Source of the DNA: an uncultured beta proteobacterium | GTDB lineage: Bacteria; Pseudomonadota; Gammaproteobacteria; Burkholderiales; Burkholderiaceae_F | DNA length: 64,000 nt | Reading direction: 5' to 3' | NCBI GenBank assembly: GCA_963807155.1 | Contig: CAWEAZ010000038.1 | Location: 36,709 to 100,708, forward strand | Shown here: in pieces, positions 43,165 through 52,503 of the stretch | Layout: every line of letters starts with the position of its first letter | Position numbering within the stretch: the first letter of the stretch is position 1 | Notes under the pieces: model-generated | Told to the model about the DNA's origin: nothing | The model's database searches: none | Seen by the model: the letters and a program-made list of their open reading frames with translations, nothing else | Position numbers and translations under genes: made by a program

Positions 43165-44057
43165 GTTTGTTCTCCCTGTATCGCCACGCTCGGTTCGGCG
43201 TAGCGTTTTTCAAATGCCCAGATATCCTCGAACCCCATCAGCTTTGTCAGGTCGGCGAAGTCGGCCAGCGGCACGTCGATGCCGTCGGTCGAACCATTGA
43301 CTTTCAAGGTTCGGTAGACGCCCGTCATCGCACTCACCGCCGCGAGCAGCGCAGAGACCGGAAAAATCGCGATCTTGTAGCCGATCGATTCAAGCTCCGT
43401 CCGCGCCAGGACGGGGGTGCGGCCTTTCTCGACCATGTTGGCCACCAGCGGCAGATCGAAAGCGCTGCCGATTCGGCGCATCTCATCAACCGACTCGGGA
43501 GATTCGACGAACAGAACATCGGCGCCCGCACGCGCATACGCCTCGGCACGGCGCAGCGCTTCGTCGAGCCCCAAAGCAGAGCGCGCATCGGTGCGTGCGA
43601 TGACCAGGAAGTCCGATGAGCTACGCGAATCGATTGCGACCCGAATTTTCGCGACCATGTCGTTGATAGGAATCACACGACGACCTGGCGTGTGCCCACA
43701 TTTCTTCGGAAACTCCTGATCTTCCAGCTGGATCGCCGCCGCACCCGCCGCTTCGTATCCGCGGACCGTGTGCCGCAGATTCAGCAATCCGCCGTAACCC
43801 GTATCGGCATCTGCGATCAGCGGCGTCCGTGCCATCGCAGCCATCGCTGTGACGCGGCCGAGCATGTCACTGTAGGTCGCCAGACCCGCGTCGGGTAAGC
43901 CGAGGTGCGAAGCGACCGTGCCGAATCCGGTCATATACAGCGCATCGAAGCCGAAGGTGTCCGCGAGCCGGAGCGACACCATGTCGAAGACGCCCGGCGC
44001 CACGATCAGGCCGGGTTGAGCGAGTCGAGCCTTTAGCGCGTGTTTGGAGTGGGACAT
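43161..44057 (-). CDS. Isocitrate lyase/PEP mutase family protein
   Basis: EDQEFPKKCGH motif, 298 aa. ATGA overlap with the downstream Bug gene. Confidence 0.85.
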   Translation of the reverse strand: MSHSKHALKARLAQPGLIVAPGVFDMVSLRLADTFGFDALYMTGFGTVASHLGLPDAGLATYSDMLGRVTAMAAMARTPLIADADTGYGGLLNLRHTVRGYEAAGAAAIQLEDQEFPKKCGHTPGRRVIPINDMVAKIRVAIDSRSSSDFLVIARTDARSALGLDEALRRAEAYARAGADVLFVESPESVDEMRRIGSAFDLPLVANMVEKGRTPVLARTELESIGYKIAIFPVSALLAAVSAMTGVYRTLKVNGSTDGIDVPLADFADLTKLMGFEDIWAFEKRYAEPSVAIQGEQT

Positions 44058-44179
44058 GGCTTTGAGACGACTCTAGCAAACACGTCGCAGACATCCGGCG
44101 CGAAGGATGGCGTTTCGTCCGCTTACCACGGCTCCCGGGTCCATTCGAACGCTCGATGGACGGAGCCAACTTAGCCCTA

Positions 44180-44195
44180 TAACGTTCCGGTAACG
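44180..44195 (+). promoter_or_regulatory. Candidate SARP box: TAACG-N6-TAACG direct repeat with 11-bp phasing
   Basis: TAACGTTCCGGTAACG lies 45-60 bp upstream of the SARP gene start. It is 16/18 identical to TAACGGCCCGGTAACGC at 47691. Confidence 0.3.
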
Positions 44196-44239
44196 CTCGC
44201 GCGCAACGATCGCTGCATCGACGACATCGAGGGGTCGGT

Positions 44240-47200
44240 GTGGATCAGTTGCGGTGGCAAGTCGCGCGTGAGGCGGGAGTAGCGCCGCGGCTGCAGAGCC
44301 TGCTGCGCTTTGCGGGGCTGCCCTTGATCGAGACAACTATAAGAGCGGGCGCATTGGCACGGCTGCAGCTTCTGGCGGCGCCTGCGCTTGTGCGCCCCGA
44401 TGCGACCGTCGTACCGCTTGAGCGCAAGGACGCGGCGTTGCTCGCACTGCTCGCGTTCGATGGACCGACATCACGGTCTCGCGCGGCAGCGCTGCTCTGG
44501 CCCGATGCCGATGCGGACAAGGCGCGCAACAGTCTGCGGCAACGCTTGTTCCGGTTGCGCCGCGCGGCGGGCACCGAGCTTATTGAGCCTGACGAGAGTC
44601 TGCGTCTTGCAGATCGCGTCGAGCACAACCTTGGTTCGCCAGCACGGCAGCTAGCCGAGGATCCAACGGCCGCTGCAGGGGACCTGCTGGGTGCGTGTGT
44701 GTACGAGGACTGCCCGGAGCTGGAAGACTGGGTTCGCATCGCGCGCGAGCACTGGCGCGCGATGCGCCGCGATGCGCTGGCCGAGCTGGCCGCCAAGCGC
44801 GAAGCGGATGGACAGATCGCGCAGGCGCTGGTCTACGCCGAACGGTTGCTGGCCGAAGACCCTGTTTCCGAACAGGCGCATCGCCTCGCAATGCGACTGC
44901 ATTACCGGCGCGGCGATCGGGCCGCGGCGCTGGCTGCGTATGACCGTTGCCGTTCTGCACTTCAGCGCGAGCTCGCCGCTGAACCCGATGCAGAAACGGT
45001 TGCGCTTTCGCAGCTGATTCAGAGGGCTGACGAGTTGCCGGGATTGGCACGGGAAAGCGCGGCGGCCCGCCGCAATTCTTCGGCCCCCGCGCCTGATCGG
45101 ACGCGATGCCGAGTGGCGCGCGCTCGAGCGCAGCTGGGATGCCGGTCTGCCGGTGCTGATCAGCGGTGACGCAGGCGTTGGCAAGAGCCGACTGCTCGGC
45201 GATTTCGCTCATGCTCGCTCTGTGCCGATGGTCGGTGGCCGGCCCGGAGACACCCGCGTGCCTTATGCGGTGCTGGCGCGCCTGCTGCGCGCGGCTCTGC
45301 GCACCGAAGGCGCGATTCGCCTCGATGACGGGCTCGATGACTTCGTCAAATCAGAACTCGCGCGCGTGCTGCCGGAACTCGGCGCAGCGCCGGTCGGCCC
45401 GTTGGTCGAAGCGCGCTTTCGCTCGGCGGTCGTGCAGGCGCTGTCTGCGCGGCAAGCAGCGGGACTTGCAGGCTTTGCCGTCGACGATCTTCATTTCGCC
45501 GATGACGCGACGCTTGAGTTATTGCCGCAGCTCGTCATCCCCGGTCTGCGCTGGATCGGCGCGGTGCGCCCCGCGGAATGCCCGGCGCCGATCGCGGCGT
45601 GGCAACGCGCCGAAGGCGGGCAGAGACTCGCTGAAGTGTTGCTCGCTCCTCTGAGCGAGAGCGCAGTGCGCGAACTATTGGAATCACTCGCGCTGCCTGG
45701 CATCGATGCCGCCGCACTCGCCGGCGCGATTGCGCGCCATACCGGCGGCAATCCGTTCTTCGTACTCGAGACGCTGAACGCATTGGTCGAGACAGGCGGC
45801 GCTGACCACGTCGAATCGACTGCCGACGCCGACATCAGTCGGCGCGCTGATCGAGCGACGGCTGGCGCAACTGTCTGCTCCTGCGCTGAAGCTTGCTCGC
45901 GTCGCCGCGCTGGCCGGCGCTGATTTCAGCGCAGCGCTGGCCGCCCATGTATTGCAGACGCATCCGCTCGACCTGGCCGAAGCCTGGGGCGAACTCGAGA
46001 TGGCACAGGTCATTCGCGGCCAGGCGTTTGCGCACGACCTGATTTACGAGATCGCACTGCGATCAGTGCCGCAGCCGATCGCGCAACTGTTGCAGCGTGG
46101 CATCGCCGAGTATCTGGAGTCGCAAAATGCGCCGCCGGCGAGTCTGGCGCAGCACTGGGCCGACGCTGGCGAATGGAGCCGCGCGGCGCGCGCACATTTG
46201 CTGGCTGCCGCTGAAGCACGGCACACGTCACGCCGATTGTCGGAAGTCGAGCACTGCGAAGCTGCGTTTGCGTGCTTTGATCGCGCGGGCGAATCGGCGT
46301 CCGCGTTCGACGCACGCTGTGCGAGCGTCGAAAGCCTGATCCTTGTGCGCGGCGTTGAACGCGCCAACGTCGTCATTGATGCATTGCTCGCTGAAGCGCA
46401 CTCGGACGGTCAACGCGCCGCTGCGCTGACCGCGCGCGCGAACGCTGCGCTGATGGCCGTCGATCATGTCACCGGCATCGCGTCCGCGCGCGAAGCGTTC
46501 GCGCTGGCCGAGCGGCTCGAGTCGCCGTGGCCTCGCTTCGAAGCGGCACGCCTGTTGGCGGTGGGCCTTGCCCAGGCGGACCGCAGCGACGAGGCGCTGG
46601 CGGTGATCGAACCGTTTGAAACATTGGTCGAAGCCGACGGCACGCGCGAGCAGCGCGGTCGCTTCTGGGCCGACTATGCGTATGTGTTGAACTCGGCGCG
46701 CAAGCTGCGTCGGACAGCAGACGCGCTTGCCCGCGCGATCGACAACGCACGCGCGCTCGGCGACCTCGCTGAGCTGGCACAACTGACGACGAACCTGGCG
46801 ACGGTGCAGGGCAACTTGGGCGATATCGGCCAGGCGCTCGAGCACGCGCTGCGGGCGCGAGCACTGCAATCGGAGGTCGGTGACACCGACGGGCCGATGC
46901 GCGGCGTGATCGAGCACCACTGCGCGCTCTACAGCGCCGAGGCAGGGCGGTACACCGAGGCGCTCGATACGATCGAAACGGCGCTCGAGTGCTTCAGGGG
47001 CGACGGTCAGACGGTGTGGATTGCAGTGGCGAACAACAACAAGGCGGCGATGTTGATCCACCTGGCGCAATACGGGCGCGCGAAGAAGGCGCTCGACTAC
47101 GTTGCGCCGTCGGTCGGCCATGTTCGCGCGCGCGGGGCGATGCTGTCTGCGCGTATTGCGCGCCTGCTCGGCGGATCCGCGAAGCCCGATTTGCGGCTCG

Positions 47201-47680
47201 CCGCAGAAGCGCTGGGCACGGCGGGCGATCCGTACATGCGGCTGCTGGTCGACCTCGAAGAGTCCATCGAATTGGCACCGAGCGACGCGGCCGACGCTTT
47301 GCATCCGCGTGCGCTCGGCTGCGGAGAAGATCGAGTACTTCGGCGTGGCCTTGAAGGCCCGCTTGCTTTTGGTGCGCGCCCTGCTGAAAACGGGTGAGAT
47401 GGACGCTGCCGCTGCGCGCTGGACCGAGTTGCAACCGGCGCTGGCATCGATACAGCCGGCCGACATGTATCTGCCTGATGCGTGGTCGATTGGCCATGAC
47501 GTGCTCGCGGCCAACGGTGACACAAGCGGAGCCGCGGCGCTGCTTGCGCGCGCGGTCGAATGGATCGAACAGACAGCGCTGCGCCACGTGCCACCCACCT
47601 ATCGCGACAGCTTTCTCCATCGCAATCCGGTCAATCGAGGGTTGCTGACCGCTGCAAGCCGCCCTGGCAGCGCGGCTTGA
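44240..47680 (+). pseudogene. SARP/AfsR-like regulator: wHTH + BTAD + AAA ATPase + TPR, three +1 frame breaks (near 45065, 45825, 47300)
   Basis: wHTH (RKDAALLALLAF..LLWPD..ARNSLRQRLFRLRR), BTAD (LLAEDPVSEQAHRLAMRLHYRRGDRAAALAAYDRCRSALQRELAAEPDAET), Walker A GDAGVGKS, and a long helical-repeat C-terminus. About 1146 codons in total. Confidence 0.8.
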
Positions 47681-47690
47681 TAGAACTCAG

Positions 47691-47720
47691 TAACGGCCCG
47701 GTAACGCGCAACTCGTTACG
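47691..47720 (+). promoter_or_regulatory. Candidate SARP box: TAACG-N6-TAACG direct repeat plus an inverted CGTTAC copy
   Basis: TAACGGCCCGGTAACGCGCAACTCGTTACG lies 43-72 bp upstream of ATG 47763. Confidence 0.3.
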
Positions 47721-47762
47721 TTCTGCCCCGAGGCCGAATCGCGGCCGCGACGGGGAGTCACA

Positions 47763-49384
47763 ATGAAAAAGTCCAGACTGAGAAGGGCAACCGTGGCGGC
47801 GCTAATTGCCGCGCTCGCGGGGCCGGTCATTGCGGTTGACCGCCAGATCGGCATCGATCCGATGCTATCGATGCACTGGAGCACGCTGACCGGCGGCCCA
47901 ACGACGCCAGCGGCCACGATAGGCAACCACATGATGGTCGGCTTCTGGCAACGCTCGTCGGGCGCCAAGGCCGGCGTGGGCTCGATCAATACCGGTGTGG
48001 TCGAGTTTCAGTTGCCGGAAAACCCACCGCAGCGCATCCGCTCGGCCACGCTCCAGTTCAAGGCGCGCGCCAGTCAGTGCTCCGGTGCTGAGCCGGTTGT
48101 GTTCGAGGTCTTTGGTTTTCCGGGTAACGGCCGGACGGACCCGGCGGATGCCACCACGGGCGTGAGACTCGCGCAACTCACCGCCAACTGCGCCGATAAC
48201 CCGGCGTTCACGCAGCTGATCGACGCGACCAATCTGGTGCGTCAACTAAGCGTGGCCTCGGGCCTGCGCTTCGTTGGTTTCAACGTGCGCAAGATGAACC
48301 ATCGCGCCGGTCCCAGTTTCTTCGGGTTTAGCGCCGCCAAGCTGACGATCGTGGTGGCCGACCAGGACGTGGCGGCTGCTCCGAATCCGGCGAGCATCGG
48401 TGGAACAGCGGGCGGAGGGACTGCGGGCGGTGCGCCGGCCGCCGGCTCGGAGGTCGATGTGAATCGCGTGATCGGTGGGTTGCTCGGCGCCGCGGGGACG
48501 CTGATGCGTGGCGGCGGCGAGAAGCCGGCGCGCGATCAGGCGGGCAACGAGGCCGCTGCCGTGTTGAGCAATCCGCCGATGACCTCCACAGACGCGGGCG
48601 CCGCATCTTTTCCAGCCAGTTCCGGCTACGTCACCGGCGGGTGGCGAAGTCGTAGGTGCTGCTGCAGCCCCCGCCGCTGGCGTGGCCGCCGCCGCGGCAC
48701 CCGCCCGGGCAGCGGTCAACGTCGACATCGTCGGCATCAAGCTCGGCATGCCGCTGGCTGAAGTCAGGCGCGCGCTGCAGGCGCACTCGCCGGGGATGCG
48801 CATCGACGAGGCCCGCGGCATCGTCAACAATGTCGCGGCCACCGACTATCTGTCATGGGTGATCGCGCGCGGCGCCCAGCGTGGCACTGACGGCTCGGGT
48901 GACGCGATCGGAGTGCACTTCCCGCCGCCGCCGAACGCGCATCGCGCCATCTTTGTCGAGCGCTTCACCGGCTTTCCCGCAAACCAGTATCCGCTGTTCG
49001 ACACGCTGAAGCAGGCGCTGGTCGGGAAGTACGGTTCGCCCAGCTTCGCAAGCGAAGGCGTGATGCTGTGGACCTTCAATGCGGCCGGCGCGCAGATCGT
49101 CGACAACAACGTGAACGCGCGCTGTGCCAAGTTTCCGCCGACCGATCCACCGGCGCGTGGGCAGAACGTGCTCTTCAACGGCTACAAGACGGCCGGCTGT
49201 GGAACGACGGTCTATGTGCGATACGAGCGCAACCGCGGTCCGTCCGAACAGCGACCTGGTGCGCTGGATGAGCGTGTCGCTGATCGACGATTCGCAGTTC
49301 GAAGACATGCGGCAGGCCGCGGCGCGCTTTGCCACGCAGGCCACGCGCGACGCCGGATCACGCGTTGCCGCGCCCAAGCTGTGA
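47763..49384 (+). pseudogene. Secreted two-domain hypothetical protein (P1) with Gly/Ala-rich linker, two frame breaks (near 48640 and 49240)
   Basis: Signal peptide MKKSRLRRATVAALIAALAGPVIA. The N-domain runs to about 48360 and the low-complexity linker covers 48360-48720. The C-domain lies in ORFs 48682-49461 and 49124-49384. Confidence 0.55.
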
Positions 49385-49528
49385 GGAGCCTGCATGACCC
49401 GCGCAATCCCATGAGTGGCGGGTTTGAGCTCTTCAAGAAATGTGCTGGACGCGGTCGATAGCGTGCGGCTCCGAGGAATCATCAAAGGTGCGCATACGAG
49501 ATAGCGCACGGCCATAGAGGGAGAAAAC

Positions 49529-50382
49529 ATGAACCGCTTGATCTACAGCGCAATGCTCACGCTTGTCGCCACCAGCGCGTCGGCCTGGGCACAGGGCAAG
49601 AGCGATATAAGCTGATGCAGCCCTACCTCGGCGTGCTGGCACCGGACTGTTCGAACTACATGCTGCCTCAGCTCAAGAACCTTGGCGATTCGCTGGTCGT
49701 GCAGGACGGCGGCAAGGCGGTGCTGACCGGGCTCAAGGTGAAGCCCGCGCCCAAGTACTTCGGCGCTACACCTCCACCGGAATTCGAAACCGCATTTACG
49801 AGCGAGGTCGCGGGCGGTGAAGCGCTGGTGTTCGTGTACTACCGTAATGCTTCGGGTCTGTTCGCCGCGGTCGAGGGCGGACCGAAGGTGATGGCCGCGC
49901 TGCCGGCAGCATTCAAGGGCAAGCGCTCCCGGCACTGCGACCCGAACCGCAACGTCGCGCCGGGGGCAGCGGCAGCGGCCCGAGCGCAGCAGGCAAAGGC
50001 CGGATCCGAACAAGATTTCAAGGGCTACGCGCTGACTGAACTCAGCGCGGCGGGGCTTCTTTACAACGCGAAGGCAAAGGAGATTTACTACAAGGCACTC
50101 GGTCCGCTCGTGAAGGAGTCGTGGCTCGCCAAGCTCGACGGCCCGAGTTCGGAGGGTCAGGCAATGAAGGTGGCTGACGCCGATTACGTGATGCTCTACA
50201 CCTGCAAGAACCACGACTGCTACGACAACAACGTCGTCCTGCTGTGGTCAGGCGTGCAGAACGTTGTGTACGGCAAGGTTAATCAGAAGGGCAAGTCGAC
50301 CTTGATCGGCGACCCACCGCCGGCCGTCGCGGCCGAACTCGAAAAGCTGTGGAAGAAGCAGTTCCGGTCGCAACCGAAGTAG
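49529..50382 (+). pseudogene. Secreted protein with a C-terminal Ivy (inhibitor of vertebrate lysozyme) domain, frame break near 49600
   Basis: Signal peptide MNRLIYSAMLTLVATSASAWAQ, after a GAGGGAG RBS, is one frame off the body (ORF 49615-50382). The C-terminus aligns by eye to E. coli Ivy, including the loop YTCKNHDCYDNNVVLLWS versus ACKPHDCGSQRIAVMWS. Confidence 0.6.
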
Positions 50383-50411
50383 CGCCCAGTGCGCCGAAGC
50401 GCCACGCCGTG

Positions 50412-50433
50412 GCGCGCTAGCACTCACAGAGAT
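50412..50433 (+). repeat. 22-nt upstream motif GCGCGCTAGCACTCACAGAGAT (copy 1)
   Basis: 20/22 identical to 51090-51111. Upstream of family-A gene A1. Confidence 0.35.
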
Positions 50434-50444
50434 GAGGGGACACC

Positions 50445-51017
50445 ATGACGATTGACGACGTTGGCCGTTGCCGCGCATCGATGATGCGGGCCGCGATGTT
50501 GGGACTGTGCCTATGCGGGAGCTTGCCCGCGTTCGCCGCAACGCTTGGAGACATCGCCGCTGCGCTGGCGGCTCCGGCGGGTGCGCCGCAGGCGACCAAC
50601 GACTTCACTGCGTTTGCCAAGCTGGCCGGCGCCAAGTGGCAAGGCAAGGCGCCAGCCAAGGGCGGAAACAAGTACTACTGGAACGGCAAGGTGCCGATCG
50701 ACGGCGTCGGCTCGGGCCAGATCAGTCTCGTCGGCGGTCAGAAAGCGCTGGACTCGGCCACGGTCGGTTGGCCGAAGAACATCGTGCTCGCGAAGGTTCC
50801 GGAGATGCTCGCGGCGCAGTTCCCGAAGGACACGAAACTCGAACAGGTTCGCGGCGCCTGCCCGGACGAGCGGCTGAGCGGCTCGCGCATCTATCGCGCG
50901 ACGCTGGCGGGGCGCAAGCCGCTCTACCTGCACATCCAGTACGCGGCGGCGGATCGCGGGGGCGCCACTTCGACGATCGAAATGGAGCCCCAGCGCAACA
51001 AGGGGTGGATCTGTTGA
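50445..51017 (+). CDS. Secreted hypothetical protein, family A (A1)
   Basis: Signal peptide ..MLGLCLCGSLPAFAA. Paralog of 53774-54316 (shared ATLGDIAAALAAP/VTLGEFAGALAVP, RIYRATLAGRKPLYLHI/RLYRVTLPAKRPLFMRL, terminal W-x-C). The start may be 50481. Confidence 0.6.
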   Translation: MTIDDVGRCRASMMRAAMLGLCLCGSLPAFAATLGDIAAALAAPAGAPQATNDFTAFAKLAGAKWQGKAPAKGGNKYYWNGKVPIDGVGSGQISLVGGQKALDSATVGWPKNIVLAKVPEMLAAQFPKDTKLEQVRGACPDERLSGSRIYRATLAGRKPLYLHIQYAAADRGGATSTIEMEPQRNKGWIC

Positions 51018-51089
51018 TGGACAACGTGCGCGTTGTTCGCCTTGGTCGACGAGCCGACGCACGGTCGAGTCATCGAGTGCTACGCCCTC

Positions 51090-51111
51090 GCGCGCTCGTA
51101 CTCACAGAGAT
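51090..51111 (+). repeat. 22-nt upstream motif GCGCGCTCGTACTCACAGAGAT (copy 2)
   Basis: 20/22 identical to 50412-50433, and 62 bp upstream of ATG 51173. Confidence 0.35.
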
Positions 51112-51172
51112 AATCGAAGACCGGAATGGCGGTCGCAGCTGAAGTAGTGACCTTGTGATAAGGGAAACAATC

Positions 51173-52207
51173 ATGATGAGTCGATTCATGTCGTGCGTAC
51201 TCGCATTGATGGTGCCCTGCGCGATGGCGCAGACACCTGAAGAGGACCGCCGGCGCGAGTACAACCGCCAGCAGGAACAGCAGCGCGAGGAACAGCAGCG
51301 CCGGGCGCAGGAGGAGATGCAACGGCAGCAAAAGGTCAGCAGAAGACGCGAGCAAGAGGCAGCAGCAGTTGCACGACGAAACGACGAAGAACATAGAGCG
51401 ATTGGCGAAAGGACGCGTCCAAGAGGGGGGCGGCAACGAGCAACCAGGTCGGTAATGACATGAGGGACGCGCGCCCAAAGCTGCCCGCCGAACGCAACGT
51501 GCTGCTGGGCAGCTGGCGCGTTGAAAGTGGCAGCCAGGGGGCCGGCGTTACCGGGCTCGGTCAGGGCAAGGGGACCGATCGCAATGCCATGGCCCGCGAG
51601 CTGTCGACGGCGTTGTCGAATCCCTGCGTCCTGATGTTCGGGAACGGGATTACTTTTGCGCCTTCAACCTACTCGATCCAGGCGCTCGACGGCAGCGTGT
51701 TTCGAGGGTCCGTTGACTACCGCAGTACCCAAAAGCAAGTCATTTCGGCCATAACCCAAGAAACCTGGAAGACATTGTCCTTCGAAATCGAAGGCCCGAA
51801 TCGCATAGTGTGGGGGCGCTTCGGCTGCGCACTAGTGCGGGTCGGTGCGCCTGCCAACGCCGCGGTGAATGCGCCGACTGCTCCGGGCAACGCGCGCACG
51901 GCGGCCGCCAGCTCATCGGCGACGTCGGCAGCACGCCCTGCCGCAAGTGGCGTCTGCTGCGCCGTCCGTGGGCGCGGTGTTCGACGGTGCCGCCTTCCAA
52001 TGCGCCGATGGTAGCTTGCTGCACGTCAGCCTGTGCCAGGGCGCGTCCGCCGACTCTACGTGCAAGCTCACCGAGTTGCACAAGCCCCCTCACGGCCTGC
52101 AGATGGGCACTTCAACACGCCGCGCGGACATTGCGGCGCGCGTCAAGGGCTGCGAGGCCGGTGGCATCCGCTATGGCGCCGACCACAAGGCGATCTTCGT
52201 GCGCTAA
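51173..52207 (+). pseudogene. Secreted hypothetical protein, family B (B1), two frame breaks
   Basis: Signal peptide MMSRFMSCVLALMVPCAMAQ, then a Q/E/R-rich charged segment, then LPAERNVLLGSWRVES.. (ORF 51460-52014), then a Cys-rich C-terminus (ORF 51869-52207). Confidence 0.5.
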
Positions 52208-52340
52208 GGGGCGGGCGGCGCGCTCGGCCGCCGTCTCCTCGAAGATCTGCCGCGCGAAATTTGCTGCTGGAAGGCGTACTACGCGAGAAAGTAGGGACAG
52301 GACGCATCGCAGGCGAACTGATGGCCAGGAGGTCCGACGA

Positions 52341-52460
52341 ATGAACAATCAATGGGATGCCGGGACTGCCGCAGTGCTGTGGGCCTTGTTGCTCGCGACC
52401 GCGCCGGCCGTGGCGCAATACGGAGGGATGTCACAGGGCCAGTACATGCAGCCGAAGTAG
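52341..52460 (+). CDS. Small secreted peptide (39 aa)
   Basis: AGGAGG lies 9 nt before ATG 52341. The product is MNNQWDAGTAAVLWALLLATAPAVA-QYGGMSQGQYMQPK. The mature part resembles the mature N-terminus of B2 (QYSPYDPRSNIYNNEY). Confidence 0.4.
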   Translation: MNNQWDAGTAAVLWALLLATAPAVAQYGGMSQGQYMQPK

Positions 52461-52503
52461 CGCAGCACCTTACTCGTGCCGTTTCCATCAGGAGTCCAAA
52501 ATA

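Noticed and set aside
42175-44057. The Bug/PEP-mutase operon as part of the SARP-controlled island
   Set aside because: It is divergently oriented, intact, and of ordinary metabolic type. Only the shared intergenic region links it to the regulator.
44240-47680. The STAND-type AAA/TPR protein as an Avs-like antiphage sensor
   Set aside because: The N-terminus is a clear OmpR-type wHTH plus BTAD (SARP) DNA-binding module, not a nuclease or other effector. No defence-gene neighbours were seen. A transcriptional regulator is the simpler reading.
48360-48720. GC-rich low-complexity stretch that looked like a tandem repeat or array
   Set aside because: It has no regular repeat unit or spacer structure. 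It translates as a Gly/Ala/Pro linker inside P1.
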